In this document: piece by piece, positions 1 through 9,413 of the stretch
Position numbering within the stretch: position 1 is the stretch's first letter
Layout: every line of letters begins with the position of its first letter
Virus record (IMG/VR): IMGVR_UViG_3300035182_002586
Span: 434,001 to 498,000 of that record
DNA length: 64,000 bases
Strand: one strand, 5' to 3'
Program-made: the position numbers and the translations under genes
Notes under the pieces: model-generated
Told to the model about the DNA's origin: nothing
Database searches by the model: none
What the model saw: only the letters and a program-made list of their open reading frames with translations

Positions 1-2
1 GA

Positions 3-495
3 ATGCAGCCAGTCTGTAGCGAGCAGGAAGAGGACGACTCGTTGGATGGGGTGTCCCTCTTCGAGGGGGAAACGCTCCGTATTTTGTGGCCCGACGGAAC
101 CCTAGAAGAACGGGACACCCACATCCGAGAAACCCCCACCAAGGGAAGGGGGGACCAGGTACAGGGCCTTCGTGGAGGAGGTTTTACGTGGCGTCACCGT
201 CGAGGTCCCCTTGCATGGGGTCAAGGCGGAACGGGTTCACCCCCCGAAGTTCCGGGTTGGGGATGTGGTGCACACCATCAACAGCTCGGACCGCCTCGCT
301 GGAAACACCCTCTGCATCACACAGATGGAGTGGGACGACCCGTGGAGGGTCGTTACCCGGCCCCTCTTCACCACGACGGGTTACTTCGTGTCGCACTTCA
401 CGGAGGAGGAACTCCGCGAAGGGCCCGACCCTAGAGAGCCCACCCCCTTCGCGGTCATCGCGGAAGACGGGAAAGTTGCCTACCGGCAGCTCTAG
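3..495 (+). CDS. hypothetical protein with SH3-like C-terminal part; 5' end uncertain, apparent +1 frameshift in G run 148-153
   Basis: frame of ORF 3.. (GETLRILWPDGTLEE) joins frame of ORF 172..495 (YRAFVEEVLRG...FRVGDVV) if one G is removed. Confidence 0.55.
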
Positions 496-511
496 CGTGT
501 GACACCTACTT

Positions 512-1087
512 ATGCGGGGGATTCAGATGGAGGCTCCACCCATGTACAGGTACGACCACCGCACCGTCACCGCAGACCGCTCGACGCAGGAAGGGCTAAT
601 GCGCCTGCACGACACGGTGCCGTACACGTATTTCCTGATGTCGAAGGACTTCACGGGGGTCCTGGACAAGCTCTCGCACCAGGCGCACTCGATCGCGGAC
701 CGCGCGGACGCCATCGCCGACGGGCGCAAGGGCGACACGGCGGACCTCTGCAACAAGATGCTGGACGTCCTCTCCAAGTCGATCGATCCCTTCCGCAAGT
801 GGGGCCCGGCGCACGAACACGAGTGCGCAGCGATCCACGGGATCGACCGCATGAAGGACGTGTACCGCGAGATGATGAACCTCGGGCACGTCTACAAGAA
901 GCTCGACCTGGTTCATCGCCAGGTCTACATGGCGGCCAAGGAGCCGCCCGCCAAGGCCGCAGAGGTGCTCGGCCAGGCGGCGATCGAGGTCTCCACCGCG
1001 CACTCGATCCTCAAGCAGCTCCACCACGCCTGGAAGGCGTACCTGGCGATGCCCTTCGTCGACCCGGGCGGTTCCACGAACTTCTGA
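512..1087 (+). CDS. hypothetical helical protein
   Basis: 191 aa ORF, GC3-rich codons; start may be 527. Confidence 0.75.
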   Translation: MRGIQMEAPPMYRYDHRTVTADRSTQEGLMRLHDTVPYTYFLMSKDFTGVLDKLSHQAHSIADRADAIADGRKGDTADLCNKMLDVLSKSIDPFRKWGPAHEHECAAIHGIDRMKDVYREMMNLGHVYKKLDLVHRQVYMAAKEPPAKAAEVLGQAAIEVSTAHSILKQLHHAWKAYLAMPFVDPGGSTNF

Positions 1088-1093
1088 GCAGAG

Positions 1094-1327
1094 CTAGACC
1101 GGATCCTCGTCAGCAATCCGCTCCCACAGCGTCTTGATCATCCCATCGGAGAGGTCGACGCGTGGGAGCAAGGGCTTCTCTCCGCCTTCGAGCTGCACGT
1201 AGTGGGCATCGAAGAGCCCGCCGACACGGCTCGTCACAACACCCGTCTGCCCTGCATGCTGGCCACCCGTGATGCGCACTCGCGTACCCACAGGAAAGCC
1301 CTCTGGTATCTCTCTGCCCGGCATCAT
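1094..1327 (-). CDS. KOW/SH3-like small protein with LWERI tail
   Basis: FPVGTRVRITGGQHAGQTGVV KOW motif; GGAGG SD; ends TLWERIADEDPV. Confidence 0.7.
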   Translation of the reverse strand: MMPGREIPEGFPVGTRVRITGGQHAGQTGVVTSRVGGLFDAHYVQLEGGEKPLLPRVDLSDGMIKTLWERIADEDPV

Positions 1328-1340
1328 CGTCACTGCCTCC

Positions 1341-1347
1341 GGTGTAC
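1341..1347 (+). promoter_or_regulatory. class B element GGTGTAC (leadered)
   Basis: upstream of GTG 1383. Confidence 0.4.
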
Positions 1348-1382
1348 CCATACCACACACCAAGTAGATCCTCGGAGGCCAC

Positions 1383-2183
1383 GTGATCACGTCGTGTCTC
1401 GCTACTGCCGGGTATGCCGCCAAGTTGCCCGCGCTCAAGGACCGCACGTTCACGTTCGGTCCCGGCCTCATCATTCTCTTCGGGCAGAACGGCTCGGGGA
1501 AGTCGACGTTACTGTCCATTCTCGCGAGCTACTCGGGGTGCTGGGAAGCTGGATGGACAGCGTTCTCTTCCAACTATGTGGGCTTCAACGACGCCCCGTT
1601 CCCGCACAGGCTCGCTACCCGTGGGAACCAAGCAGAGGTCGCGTGGGACGGCACCCCGAGCTTCTACAGCACGGGGCCCGAGTCCGGGCAGTCGGGGTTC
1701 AACAACGCCCTCGAAGACGGTGGTGAGGACGCGGACAACTACCTCCGGAGCCTCCTGGCTCCTGGTTCGGCAGGCCAAGGCCAGATCCAGTGGCTCAATC
1801 AGATGGAGAAGAAGCTCTCCGCGCCTCCGGATCTTCTCCGGGAAGACGGGACTCTACGCATACGTGGTCACGGTGAGGTCGAGAGGTCGAGCGTCAATAG
1901 CCTGTGGGGGGAGGCCATCGACGGCTTCCAGTCACACATCCGGTCGCTGCCCCACACGGGACCCGTGACGGTCCTTCTCGACGAACCCGACGCACACATG
2001 TCGCTGCCGAACCAGCACACCCTCTGGACGAAGGCCATCCCGCGCCTCTCCGTTGGGCGACAGGTCATCGTCGCCACGCACAGCGCATTCGCCCTATGCG
2101 CCCCGGACGCGACCATCATCGACCTCCAGCCGGGGTACGAGGATCGGTGCCGGAAGGTTCTTCGGGCTCTTCGCGAAGTCTGA
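1383..2183 (+). CDS. ABC/AAA-family ATPase (AAA_21-like)
   Basis: Walker A GQNGSGKST, Walker B VLLDEPD, H-loop IVATHS. Confidence 0.85.
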   Translation: MITSCLATAGYAAKLPALKDRTFTFGPGLIILFGQNGSGKSTLLSILASYSGCWEAGWTAFSSNYVGFNDAPFPHRLATRGNQAEVAWDGTPSFYSTGPESGQSGFNNALEDGGEDADNYLRSLLAPGSAGQGQIQWLNQMEKKLSAPPDLLREDGTLRIRGHGEVERSSVNSLWGEAIDGFQSHIRSLPHTGPVTVLLDEPDAHMSLPNQHTLWTKAIPRLSVGRQVIVATHSAFALCAPDATIIDLQPGYEDRCRKVLRALREV

Positions 2184-2210
2184 TGGATCGCTCCCCGCCT
2201 CGCATTGTAG
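2182..2210 (+). promoter_or_regulatory. class A promoter GATGGATC-N17-GTAG
   Basis: 7 nt to ATG 2218; overlaps upstream TGA stop. Confidence 0.8.
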
Positions 2211-2217
2211 GAGGGAC

Positions 2218-2565
2218 ATGGACACCAACACCACCCCCGCCGCCCCCGCTCTCGTCCGCTACCCCACCGACGGCCACACGCGTCCGCTGACGGTCGAGGA
2301 CATCACGGTCGGGCTCGTGACCCGTTACGTCATGTCCGACGGCGCGGTCGATCACTTCTCCGATTCCGTCATCACGAGCGTGGAGAAGAACGAGCACGGC
2401 CTGCTCTGCAAGATCGCTCGCCCCTACCTGCGGGTGACGCCGGACGGCACGCCGGTCGTGAGCTTCGAGAGTTACGAGGCGTACGCGCACCGACTCATCG
2501 AGCGCCACGTCGTGGTGATGTACTCGACGGGCAAGCCCGTGATCAACCTCGCGACGGAGAGCTGA
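2218..2565 (+). CDS. hypothetical protein
   Basis: ORF directly behind class A motif. Confidence 0.75.
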   Translation: MDTNTTPAAPALVRYPTDGHTRPLTVEDITVGLVTRYVMSDGAVDHFSDSVITSVEKNEHGLLCKIARPYLRVTPDGTPVVSFESYEAYAHRLIERHVVVMYSTGKPVINLATES

Positions 2566-2567
2566 AC

Positions 2568-2795
2568 ATGGCGAACACCCAAGTCGTTCGCGCACACCGC
2601 CTCGTCTTCGCGGTGCGTGACTGGAAGAACAACGGCGCCCTCGTCCCGCTTCGGACCCCGGGCCGCGAACCCTGGCCCGCTACGTGGGTCCGACGGGTCC
2701 CCGCCCTCTACGCGCTACACTCGGCCAACCAGTCGAGCCCCGGACGGTTCGCGCTGGTCACCCTGGACCTCGACAAACCCTACGCCGACGCATGA
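2568..2795 (+). CDS. hypothetical protein
   Basis: 75 aa ORF, tight packing. Confidence 0.7.
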   Translation: MANTQVVRAHRLVFAVRDWKNNGALVPLRTPGREPWPATWVRRVPALYALHSANQSSPGRFALVTLDLDKPYADA

Positions 2796-2796
2796 G

Positions 2797-3063
2797 ATGT
2801 CCTCTGCCCCTCCGCCCCCTCCAGTGTTCCACGCGATCTTCCCGGTCGCTGGAGCACTTCTCCAAGGGCATACCCTCCGTGTAAAGTCCCCTCCCTCCGA
2901 GGACGGGGGACCCTCAAAGGAAGTCGTGGCGGGGGAGGGCAAGGTCATCAACTGGTGCGGACAGATGATGCTCGAAGACGAAGACGCCTTCGAAACAGCT
3001 TGGCTCTTCATCGCGCTCGTAGGAACCGACGCCGCACTCCAGTCCGTCGAGGATGCCACCTAG
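2797..3063 (+). CDS. hypothetical protein
   Basis: ATG 1 nt after upstream stop. Confidence 0.65.
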   Translation: MSSAPPPPPVFHAIFPVAGALLQGHTLRVKSPPSEDGGPSKEVVAGEGKVINWCGQMMLEDEDAFETAWLFIALVGTDAALQSVEDAT

Positions 3064-3377
3064 TGAGGAGGCAGCGCGCGCCAAAGCACGACGACGCGCT
3101 TCATCACGTAGCCGGGGACAACACGGTCGGCCAGCACCACATCGGCCCCGTGCTCGAACAGATCGATCCAAGACTCGAACGCAATCGCCATGCGCCCCAA
3201 GTCGTGGCGTATCTCGTCCGCGTTCGCCGCAGTCATGACTTCCATCAGCTTGGCGAACAGCTCGGCGCGCAACAACACCCCGTGCTCATACGCCTCGAAG
3301 AGCTGCTTGGGTGTTCGTGTTTCCGCCACGACTGGGGGTTCGTAGAAGATGATCCTTGACCCCTGCTGCTGAGCCAT
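3060..3377 (-). CDS. hypothetical protein
   Basis: ATG abuts upstream TAG. Confidence 0.6.
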   Translation of the reverse strand: MAQQQGSRIIFYEPPVVAETRTPKQLFEAYEHGVLLRAELFAKLMEVMTAANADEIRHDLGRMAIAFESWIDLFEHGADVVLADRVVPGYVMKRVVVLWRALPPH

Positions 3378-3378
3378 C

Positions 3379-4005
3379 CTACGCCCCGACCCTCTCAAAC
3401 AGACGACCCCCAACTTGAGGGGCGCGCGCACGCAGCCGATCATCCGCAGTCAGCCACGTGTGGTTCGCCATCCGATAGAACTCGTTGGGGTTCGTTTCCA
3501 AGAGTAGCTTCTGCGCCAACATGTGATCTGGAGTCGGCACGTAGTCCCTAATGTGGACACAATAACGCGCCACGTCGATACCATCTTCCACGAGTACGAC
3601 GTTCATGGCAGAGCCACGCTCGATACGGAAGGTCCGTCCATCGGGGGCCCGAACGTGGAAGACGTTCTCCGCTGCGAGCTGCCGGCGGGCCTCTTCGTCA
3701 AGCAGGGCATCGAGGAGCCTCTCCGCCCGCGCCGTCGCTTGCCCCCACAGCTCTTCGCGGACTGCACGATCACGAGCCCGCAGTGCCTCGAAGTCCCGTC
3801 GTATGCCCTCGGGGAGCTGCCGGAAATGGAACAGGTCGATGGTCCACGCCCGCTCTTGGTCTCCACAGCCACAGGTGAACCCGAACCGCCGAGCGAACGC
3901 GAAGTCTTCCGTCCGACACCCCTCGTGAACGTGGTGCTCTCGGATTGCCTCTACCCACTCCCGTAGCGCCGGACGGAGTGCAGCCACACCAGGATCGTCG
4001 AACAT
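3379..4005 (-). CDS. conserved-looking hypothetical protein
   Basis: RAERLL..LL / YCVH..VP..DHMLAQKLLLE pattern; class B element upstream. Confidence 0.7.
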   Translation of the reverse strand: MFDDPGVAALRPALREWVEAIREHHVHEGCRTEDFAFARRFGFTCGCGDQERAWTIDLFHFRQLPEGIRRDFEALRARDRAVREELWGQATARAERLLDALLDEEARRQLAAENVFHVRAPDGRTFRIERGSAMNVVLVEDGIDVARYCVHIRDYVPTPDHMLAQKLLLETNPNEFYRMANHTWLTADDRLRARAPQVGGRLFERVGA

Positions 4006-4016
4006 CGCGAGGAGAT

Positions 4017-4032
4017 CTACACCACGGTGTAG
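4017..4032. promoter_or_regulatory. divergent class B pair TACACC-N2-GGTGTA
   Basis: 11 nt to ATG 4005 (-) and 8 nt to ATG 4041 (+). Confidence 0.7.
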
Positions 4033-4040
4033 GATGGAAC

Positions 4041-4886
4041 ATGACCCGTCTTGCTTGGGCCACCGACACGCATCTCGACCGCATGAACATGAAGCGGTTC
4101 CCGAGAGAGTTCGGCGCCAAGATCGCTGCGGACACCTCGGCGGAAGTCCTGCTCATCACCGGGGACATTGCCGAAGCGTCCACCTTCTCGAAGGCGCTCA
4201 TCGGCGTCTCGGAAGGGTTTGGGGGGCCCGTCTACTTCGTCCTCGGCAACCACGACGTGTGGGGGCAGAGCTTCGTGGACGCGCACCACAAGGCCGCGCG
4301 TCTGACGAGGAAGTACGAACGACTCACCTGGCTCACGGATGCAGGGGTCACCCTCCTGTCCGAGACGACCGCCCTCGTGGGGTTCGACGGTTGGTACGAC
4401 GCCAAGTGGGGTCCCACCAACCCCCCGAAGACACGCATGGGGGACTGGTCCAGGATCAAGGACTTCCAGCGCACTTGGAACCTGATGGCCATGACCTTCG
4501 AGGCGAGGGTCGACTTGATCATCCATCAGTGCCAGGAGAGGTGCGGCCTCATCGTGCAGTGGATCGAGAGGGACCTCCGGGCCGCGCTTGCCGTGCGGCC
4601 AAAGGTGGTGGTCGCCACGCACGTGCCGCCCTACCCGCAGAACGCCATCGAGCACATCGAGGGCAGGTCCGAAGAGGAAGACCGGTCCTGGCTCCCCTGG
4701 TACACGAACAAGGCGCTCGGGGACATGCTCCTGCGGGTCGCGGACGAGCACCCGGACCGGGAGATCCTCGTGCTCTGCGGACATGCACACGCCGAGCACA
4801 ACCACGAGGTTCTACCCAACCTGCGCGTCCGAACGGGGAAGGCCACGTACGGCGCGCCCTCGCTCGCCGGGGTGCTCGATTTGTGA
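4041..4886 (+). CDS. calcineurin-like metallophosphoesterase
   Basis: DTH, GDIAE, GNHD, THVPP, CGHAH motifs. Confidence 0.9.
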   Translation: MTRLAWATDTHLDRMNMKRFPREFGAKIAADTSAEVLLITGDIAEASTFSKALIGVSEGFGGPVYFVLGNHDVWGQSFVDAHHKAARLTRKYERLTWLTDAGVTLLSETTALVGFDGWYDAKWGPTNPPKTRMGDWSRIKDFQRTWNLMAMTFEARVDLIIHQCQERCGLIVQWIERDLRAALAVRPKVVVATHVPPYPQNAIEHIEGRSEEEDRSWLPWYTNKALGDMLLRVADEHPDREILVLCGHAHAEHNHEVLPNLRVRTGKATYGAPSLAGVLDL

Positions 4887-4913
4887 TGGATCGGAGAAGG
4901 GACCGCACGGTAG
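4885..4913 (+). promoter_or_regulatory. class A promoter (N17)
   Basis: 7 nt to ATG 4921; overlaps upstream TGA. Confidence 0.8.
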
Positions 4914-4920
4914 TAGGGAC

Positions 4921-5190
4921 ATGAGCCGCTCCCGCCTGATCCCGGTCACCGTCAACTTCGTCACCGACAACGGCTATTGGACCCCGAGCGAGTGGCGTAC
5001 GCGTTCGACCCGTCAGGGTGGCTACAGCCACGGCAAGCCGACCCTGGAGAACCTCCAGAAGTACGTCGCAGATGCCGAAGCGGCGACGCAGCCCGGAGGC
5101 GTGAACGCCCACCTCGGTCCGACCAAGATCCTCAAGGCGTGGATCATCGACCAGCGCTCGGGCGAGAAGCTCGTGGAGTACACGGCATGA
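4921..5190 (+). CDS. hypothetical protein
   Basis: ORF behind class A motif. Confidence 0.75.
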   Translation: MSRSRLIPVTVNFVTDNGYWTPSEWRTRSTRQGGYSHGKPTLENLQKYVADAEAATQPGGVNAHLGPTKILKAWIIDQRSGEKLVEYTA

Positions 5191-5549
5191 CGCAGAACGT
5201 CGACAAGCGACAGCAGCGCGCAGAGGCTCTCGCCAAGGTGGTGCAGTACAGCTCCATCCCGCACCCCTACGAGTCCGACCGAGCGCGGAACTTCAAGGCG
5301 TACAGCGTGACGGTCCACGGAGTCGCCATCGGCGAGGTCTACCAGACGCACGAGGCCGTCCACAAGAAGGCCGGGCGTCTCATCTCCTCGACCCGTCACG
5401 TGAAGCGGTGGTCGAAGTCGTCCAAGGTGCCCTCCGCGCCCGAGTACGTCTTCTACTACGACACCCGCACCGAAGCCGTGTTCTCTTTGCTGAAGCGCAT
5501 GCTCGCCTCCGGGCATGACGTTCAGGAAGGGATGCTGGTGAGGTCATGA
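5187..5549 (+). CDS. hypothetical protein
   Basis: ATGA overlap with upstream gene. Confidence 0.7.
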   Translation: MTQNVDKRQQRAEALAKVVQYSSIPHPYESDRARNFKAYSVTVHGVAIGEVYQTHEAVHKKAGRLISSTRHVKRWSKSSKVPSAPEYVFYYDTRTEAVFSLLKRMLASGHDVQEGMLVRS

Positions 5550-5737
5550 GCGTGGCATCGTCCAAAGAGGAGTTCGCCAAAGCGGCCGCCGGCCTTCCGG
5601 TGTACGAAGGGGTGGACTTCGACGCCGAGGTCATCTGCATCGAGCCCATCGATGCAGCCTATTTCCGCAACAACAGCAAGCAGCGGTGCATCATCCGCCG
5701 AGCCAACGGCCGGCTGTACCTCGCTTCGTACGACTGA
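5546..5737 (+). CDS. hypothetical protein
   Basis: ATGA overlap. Confidence 0.65.
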   Translation: MSVASSKEEFAKAAAGLPVYEGVDFDAEVICIEPIDAAYFRNNSKQRCIIRRANGRLYLASYD

Positions 5738-5744
5738 GGGATCC

Positions 5745-5954
5745 ATGGCGAAAGAAGCCCTGTACTTCCCCGAAGAGGGCACGCCCACGATGGTGGCCAT
5801 CATCCGCGCCGGGCTGGAAGAGCTGGACGTACCGGATCAGGTACGTGAGCAGCTCACCCTCTGGTGTGACGAGACGATCGAGCACTGGAAAGATGGGCTG
5901 ACGATCCCCCTCGTGTCCCCGAAGCGCAAACGCCCCGCACCCAAGCAGACCTGA
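5745..5954 (+). CDS. hypothetical protein
   Basis: GAGGG SD, codon bias. Confidence 0.65.
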   Translation: MAKEALYFPEEGTPTMVAIIRAGLEELDVPDQVREQLTLWCDETIEHWKDGLTIPLVSPKRKRPAPKQT

Positions 5955-5962
5955 GGCACAAC

Positions 5963-8194
5963 GTGTTCAAACCTGGTGAAGTCGTCAGAATCCGACGGGG
6001 CGGGCAACAGCCTCAGCCCTCTGCCCAAGCGTCCGAGCGCACCATCACCGTCTTGAACGGCGCCCCCATACGGTCCAAGCACAAGTGGCCCGTCGTAACT
6101 AGCGAGGGCGTCTTCGACGAGAGTGAGCTGATCCCCGCCCACCCGAGCGTGATCGCTAACGCCAGCGGTCGAGACCTGTCTCAGGAGGCGTTCCTTGCGG
6201 GTACCGAGGAACGTGAGCAGACGAGGGTGAAACGGTACGAGGGGTTGCCCTTCGAACTCCGAGATGAGATCGAGAACGCCCTGAAAGAGACCACTTTCGA
6301 GTACAACGGCCACTGGAGGAACGGCGCCCTTCTCAAGGACTTCAAACCCTTGGAGCACCTCTTCGTCAGCGGCGACGCCATGACCGCGGCCGATGCGAAG
6401 GACTTCCTCTGCGCCGCGAAGGCCAAGAAGCCCATGGACCATTGGGTCCCCGTGGACGTGTCCCTCGCCCTGTCGAGCATCCGAGCGTGCTCCTACTGCG
6501 GCGAAGAGGGGTTCGGCACGGAAACGAACGGCCTCGTCCTGCGCTTCACTGGAAAGCCGTGCCGGTTCCCAGAGGGTCTCCCGCCGACTGAGTGGGAGCT
6601 GAACGTACCGAGTGGCAAGCTCGTGGTGGCCAACGACCTTCGCCGCGTTTTCCCCCTACTGGAAGACGACTTCGACATCAACACCACGAGGGGTTGCAGC
6701 CAGACCGCCCTCGCCTACGCCGCAATCGGCATGTCCCACGCGTTCGTCGGCAACACCTGCCCTGGCGTCTTCAAGTGCAAGGACGGCAGTTACAAGATCG
6801 CCAACGAACCCTCGGGCGAACGGTGGAACGGCAAGAAGTACGTGAAGGTCAAGGTCCCGAAATTCGACGGAGAAAACGTCGCCGGCATCTGCACTGACCT
6901 CTGGTGGTACTCCATCTGCGATCAGGACGAGTTCGAGCGTCGCTGCAAGCACTTCAAGCAGAAGGCGAAGGACTTCCGCACCACCGTCATCGACATCAAG
7001 CCCGGCGTGTACCGCTTCCGCCACGACGAGGATGCCCGGTCGCACAACGGGCCGGAAGAGTGCGTCTACACGAAGTTCGAGTGGATCCGTGGGCCTGATC
7101 CGGTCAAGGACTACCTCGCGTCCTACGAGAGCGTCGATGTCAACCCGAACGCTTACGTACAGGCGCAAGTGGCGCGCTGGCCCACCCTCTATGGGGTCGT
7201 CAAACGAGGCCCCGGCCGTCGCGAAACGGTCACCCCGTGGGCGAGCATGACTGAAGAGGAGCGCACCCACTCGTGGCAGAGGGTCGCCGACCAGACGATG
7301 TGCACCATCGGCGGGGGCATCGAATGGCACGAGAAGGGGTTCCCCAGGGCCAAGGTCGACCCCTCCGTCCCTGATGTGGAACCCCCGGCCTTCCGGGCCC
7401 AACACCACTGGTACCCGTTCTCCAAGCCCTACGGCGGTCTGTTCGAGCCCAAGGTCCTCTCCCCGGGTTTCGCCAAGCTCGCCTTCCGCGTCCTGGAGTC
7501 CGTCATCTCGTTCGGGCTGACGGTTCACGACAGTAACCATTCGCGAGAAGTCCACCCCACCAGGGAACGCATGCTCCTCGCCGTCAAGCGCTACCGCGAG
7601 CTGGCCAAGAAGTACCCGAACGAAGCCGACCCCGAGTACGTCGCCTGGCTCAACGATTCTGGACGCGCCGAGGCGTGGGTCGCGAGCTTCCCCCTCGGCC
7701 CGGAGTTCACCGAGAAGCACAGGAAGAACGCCGAGGCGCAGCGGTGGATGCCCAAGGACGCCTACGCGATCGCCTTTGACGCGCGCCTGCTCAAGGACGG
7801 CAGCTTCGCCTGGCACCCGAAAACGCCCTCCGTTGGTGGCTGCTGGGCCAACAAGAAGGACGCGCAGCGGTACGCCCTTCTGGAGCACGGCGACAACGGG
7901 CAACCCGGCGAGCACAACTGCTTCTGGACCTCCCACACCAGGAACACGAGCGTCCCTCTCTACTCCGTCGCCCGTATCGTCAAGGTCGGAAACGTCTCCC
8001 ACATGGGCGAAACCCTCGTCGAGCTGGAGTTCGACTACGGGACCCCGTGGATGAGGGACGCGAAGAAGCGTAAGGCCGTCGCCGAGTCCAAGGAGAAGGC
8101 GGCGATCACGATCCTGTCCAAGGAAGACTACGAACGGCTCCTCCCGGAGGCCGTCAAGTTCTTCGAGGACGCCGAAGCGGCGATCAAAGCGTAG
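5963..8194 (+). CDS. large hypothetical protein (743 aa), N-terminal SH3-like segment
   Basis: long ORF, strong GC3 bias; FKPGEVVRI...FDESELIP N-terminus. Confidence 0.85.
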   Translation: MFKPGEVVRIRRGGQQPQPSAQASERTITVLNGAPIRSKHKWPVVTSEGVFDESELIPAHPSVIANASGRDLSQEAFLAGTEEREQTRVKRYEGLPFELRDEIENALKETTFEYNGHWRNGALLKDFKPLEHLFVSGDAMTAADAKDFLCAAKAKKPMDHWVPVDVSLALSSIRACSYCGEEGFGTETNGLVLRFTGKPCRFPEGLPPTEWELNVPSGKLVVANDLRRVFPLLEDDFDINTTRGCSQTALAYAAIGMSHAFVGNTCPGVFKCKDGSYKIANEPSGERWNGKKYVKVKVPKFDGENVAGICTDLWWYSICDQDEFERRCKHFKQKAKDFRTTVIDIKPGVYRFRHDEDARSHNGPEECVYTKFEWIRGPDPVKDYLASYESVDVNPNAYVQAQVARWPTLYGVVKRGPGRRETVTPWASMTEEERTHSWQRVADQTMCTIGGGIEWHEKGFPRAKVDPSVPDVEPPAFRAQHHWYPFSKPYGGLFEPKVLSPGFAKLAFRVLESVISFGLTVHDSNHSREVHPTRERMLLAVKRYRELAKKYPNEADPEYVAWLNDSGRAEAWVASFPLGPEFTEKHRKNAEAQRWMPKDAYAIAFDARLLKDGSFAWHPKTPSVGGCWANKKDAQRYALLEHGDNGQPGEHNCFWTSHTRNTSVPLYSVARIVKVGNVSHMGETLVELEFDYGTPWMRDAKKRKAVAESKEKAAITILSKEDYERLLPEAVKFFEDAEAAIKA

Positions 8195-8240
8195 TCGCCC
8201 ACAACGCAAACGTCACGGACAAGCCTGAGGAGTGACCTGT

Positions 8241-8450
8241 ATGCAGGACATCATCGAGCAGCTCGACGCCATGGAGAAGGTCGCCAAAGAGCAGCAAGAG
8301 GCCATCGCCCGCTGTCGTGAGCAGCTTCTCGCCCACGACTACAAGGGCGCGAAGCACTCCGGAAAGACCATCATCGACAGTGCCAAGGCGAGCTACGGCT
8401 ACGGCTACCAGTTCGAGCGGGACATCCAGCGCGTCGGGGCCGACCGGTAG
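8241..8450 (+). CDS. hypothetical coiled-coil protein
   Basis: GAGGAG SD. Confidence 0.65.
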   Translation: MQDIIEQLDAMEKVAKEQQEAIARCREQLLAHDYKGAKHSGKTIIDSAKASYGYGYQFERDIQRVGADR

Positions 8451-8453
8451 GCC

Positions 8454-8579
8454 ATGGAGCACTTCGTCCTGCTGATCGTCCCCTTCTCGCTCATCGGCGT
8501 GGTGGGGTGGGTCGTCGTCACGGCGCTCCGAGACAAGCCTCACCCGGCCGTCAACGACCTCCCCATGAAGCGCAGGTGA
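8454..8579 (+). CDS. small membrane peptide (41 aa)
   Basis: MEHFVLLIVPFSLIGVVGWVVVTALR hydrophobic helix; not in ORF track. Confidence 0.5.
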   Translation: MEHFVLLIVPFSLIGVVGWVVVTALRDKPHPAVNDLPMKRR

Positions 8580-8622
8580 AGACGAGAATCCGTTTGTCGG
8601 AAAAGGGTGGGTGAGGCCCTTC

Positions 8623-9378
8623 ATGCGCAAAATTGCCAACACCCACGAGCTGACCGCTGAGCTGGCACGCATCTCTGCTTACGCGGGTACTCCGAACCCG
8701 TCACGGCAGGTGCTCGCAGCGGATCTCCGGGTGCTCGCGAGCCGCCTGGAAGAGCGGACCATCGAGGCTGCTCTTCCAGGGCAGGACCCCCTCAAGAACG
8801 CCGACATGCTGAAAAGGCTGTTGGGTTCGATGAAGGTCATGCAGATGTCCATCGAACACGTCGAGGGACAGGCCAAGCACATTCTCGCAGAAATGGCGAA
8901 GGCCATCCCCTTGATCGCGGACCCCGTGTTCAAGGGCGAGGCGGAAAAGCTGTTCACCAAGGGCGCACACGCTCCGCTGCTCATGTTCGCGAACCACAGC
9001 GCGTCACCCCTCTACAAGCTCCTCTCGGACGCTGCAACCCTCGGCTTCAAAGCCAAGGACGACCCGGGCATCGGGGCGCTCCGGCAACTCCACTCCAAGC
9101 TCCTGGACGGGACCTCGCACCTGGGTAAGGCGGTAGGCTCCGTCGGGGCTGAGGCAATGGACGTACTCGGCCACATCTACAACTGGCCCGACACGCACCC
9201 CGAGGCGAAGGCCCACATGGCGCCCCTGTTCGCCGCCATCAACAAGATCTCGTCGCTGTCCCCGTACAAGGCCCCGAAGGGCTCGGGGCTGCTTGCACCC
9301 GCCCCCGTCATCCACGGCGCGATGCACGCGGTCGAAACCCTCATCGGGATGTTCGAACAGGCCGCCAAAGCGGTGTGA
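8623..9378 (+). CDS. hypothetical helical protein
   Basis: 251 aa ORF, GAGG SD. Confidence 0.75.
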   Translation: MRKIANTHELTAELARISAYAGTPNPSRQVLAADLRVLASRLEERTIEAALPGQDPLKNADMLKRLLGSMKVMQMSIEHVEGQAKHILAEMAKAIPLIADPVFKGEAEKLFTKGAHAPLLMFANHSASPLYKLLSDAATLGFKAKDDPGIGALRQLHSKLLDGTSHLGKAVGSVGAEAMDVLGHIYNWPDTHPEAKAHMAPLFAAINKISSLSPYKAPKGSGLLAPAPVIHGAMHAVETLIGMFEQAAKAV

Positions 9379-9405
9379 TGGATCGCCCGCGTGTCCCCGT
9401 TGTAG
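9377..9405 (+). promoter_or_regulatory. class A promoter (N17)
   Basis: 8 nt to ATG 9414; overlaps upstream TGA. Confidence 0.8.
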
Positions 9406-9413
9406 ATAGGATC

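Noticed and set aside
6656-8209. 517 aa minus-strand ORF
   Set aside because: Antisense shadow of 5963..8194; no start signals
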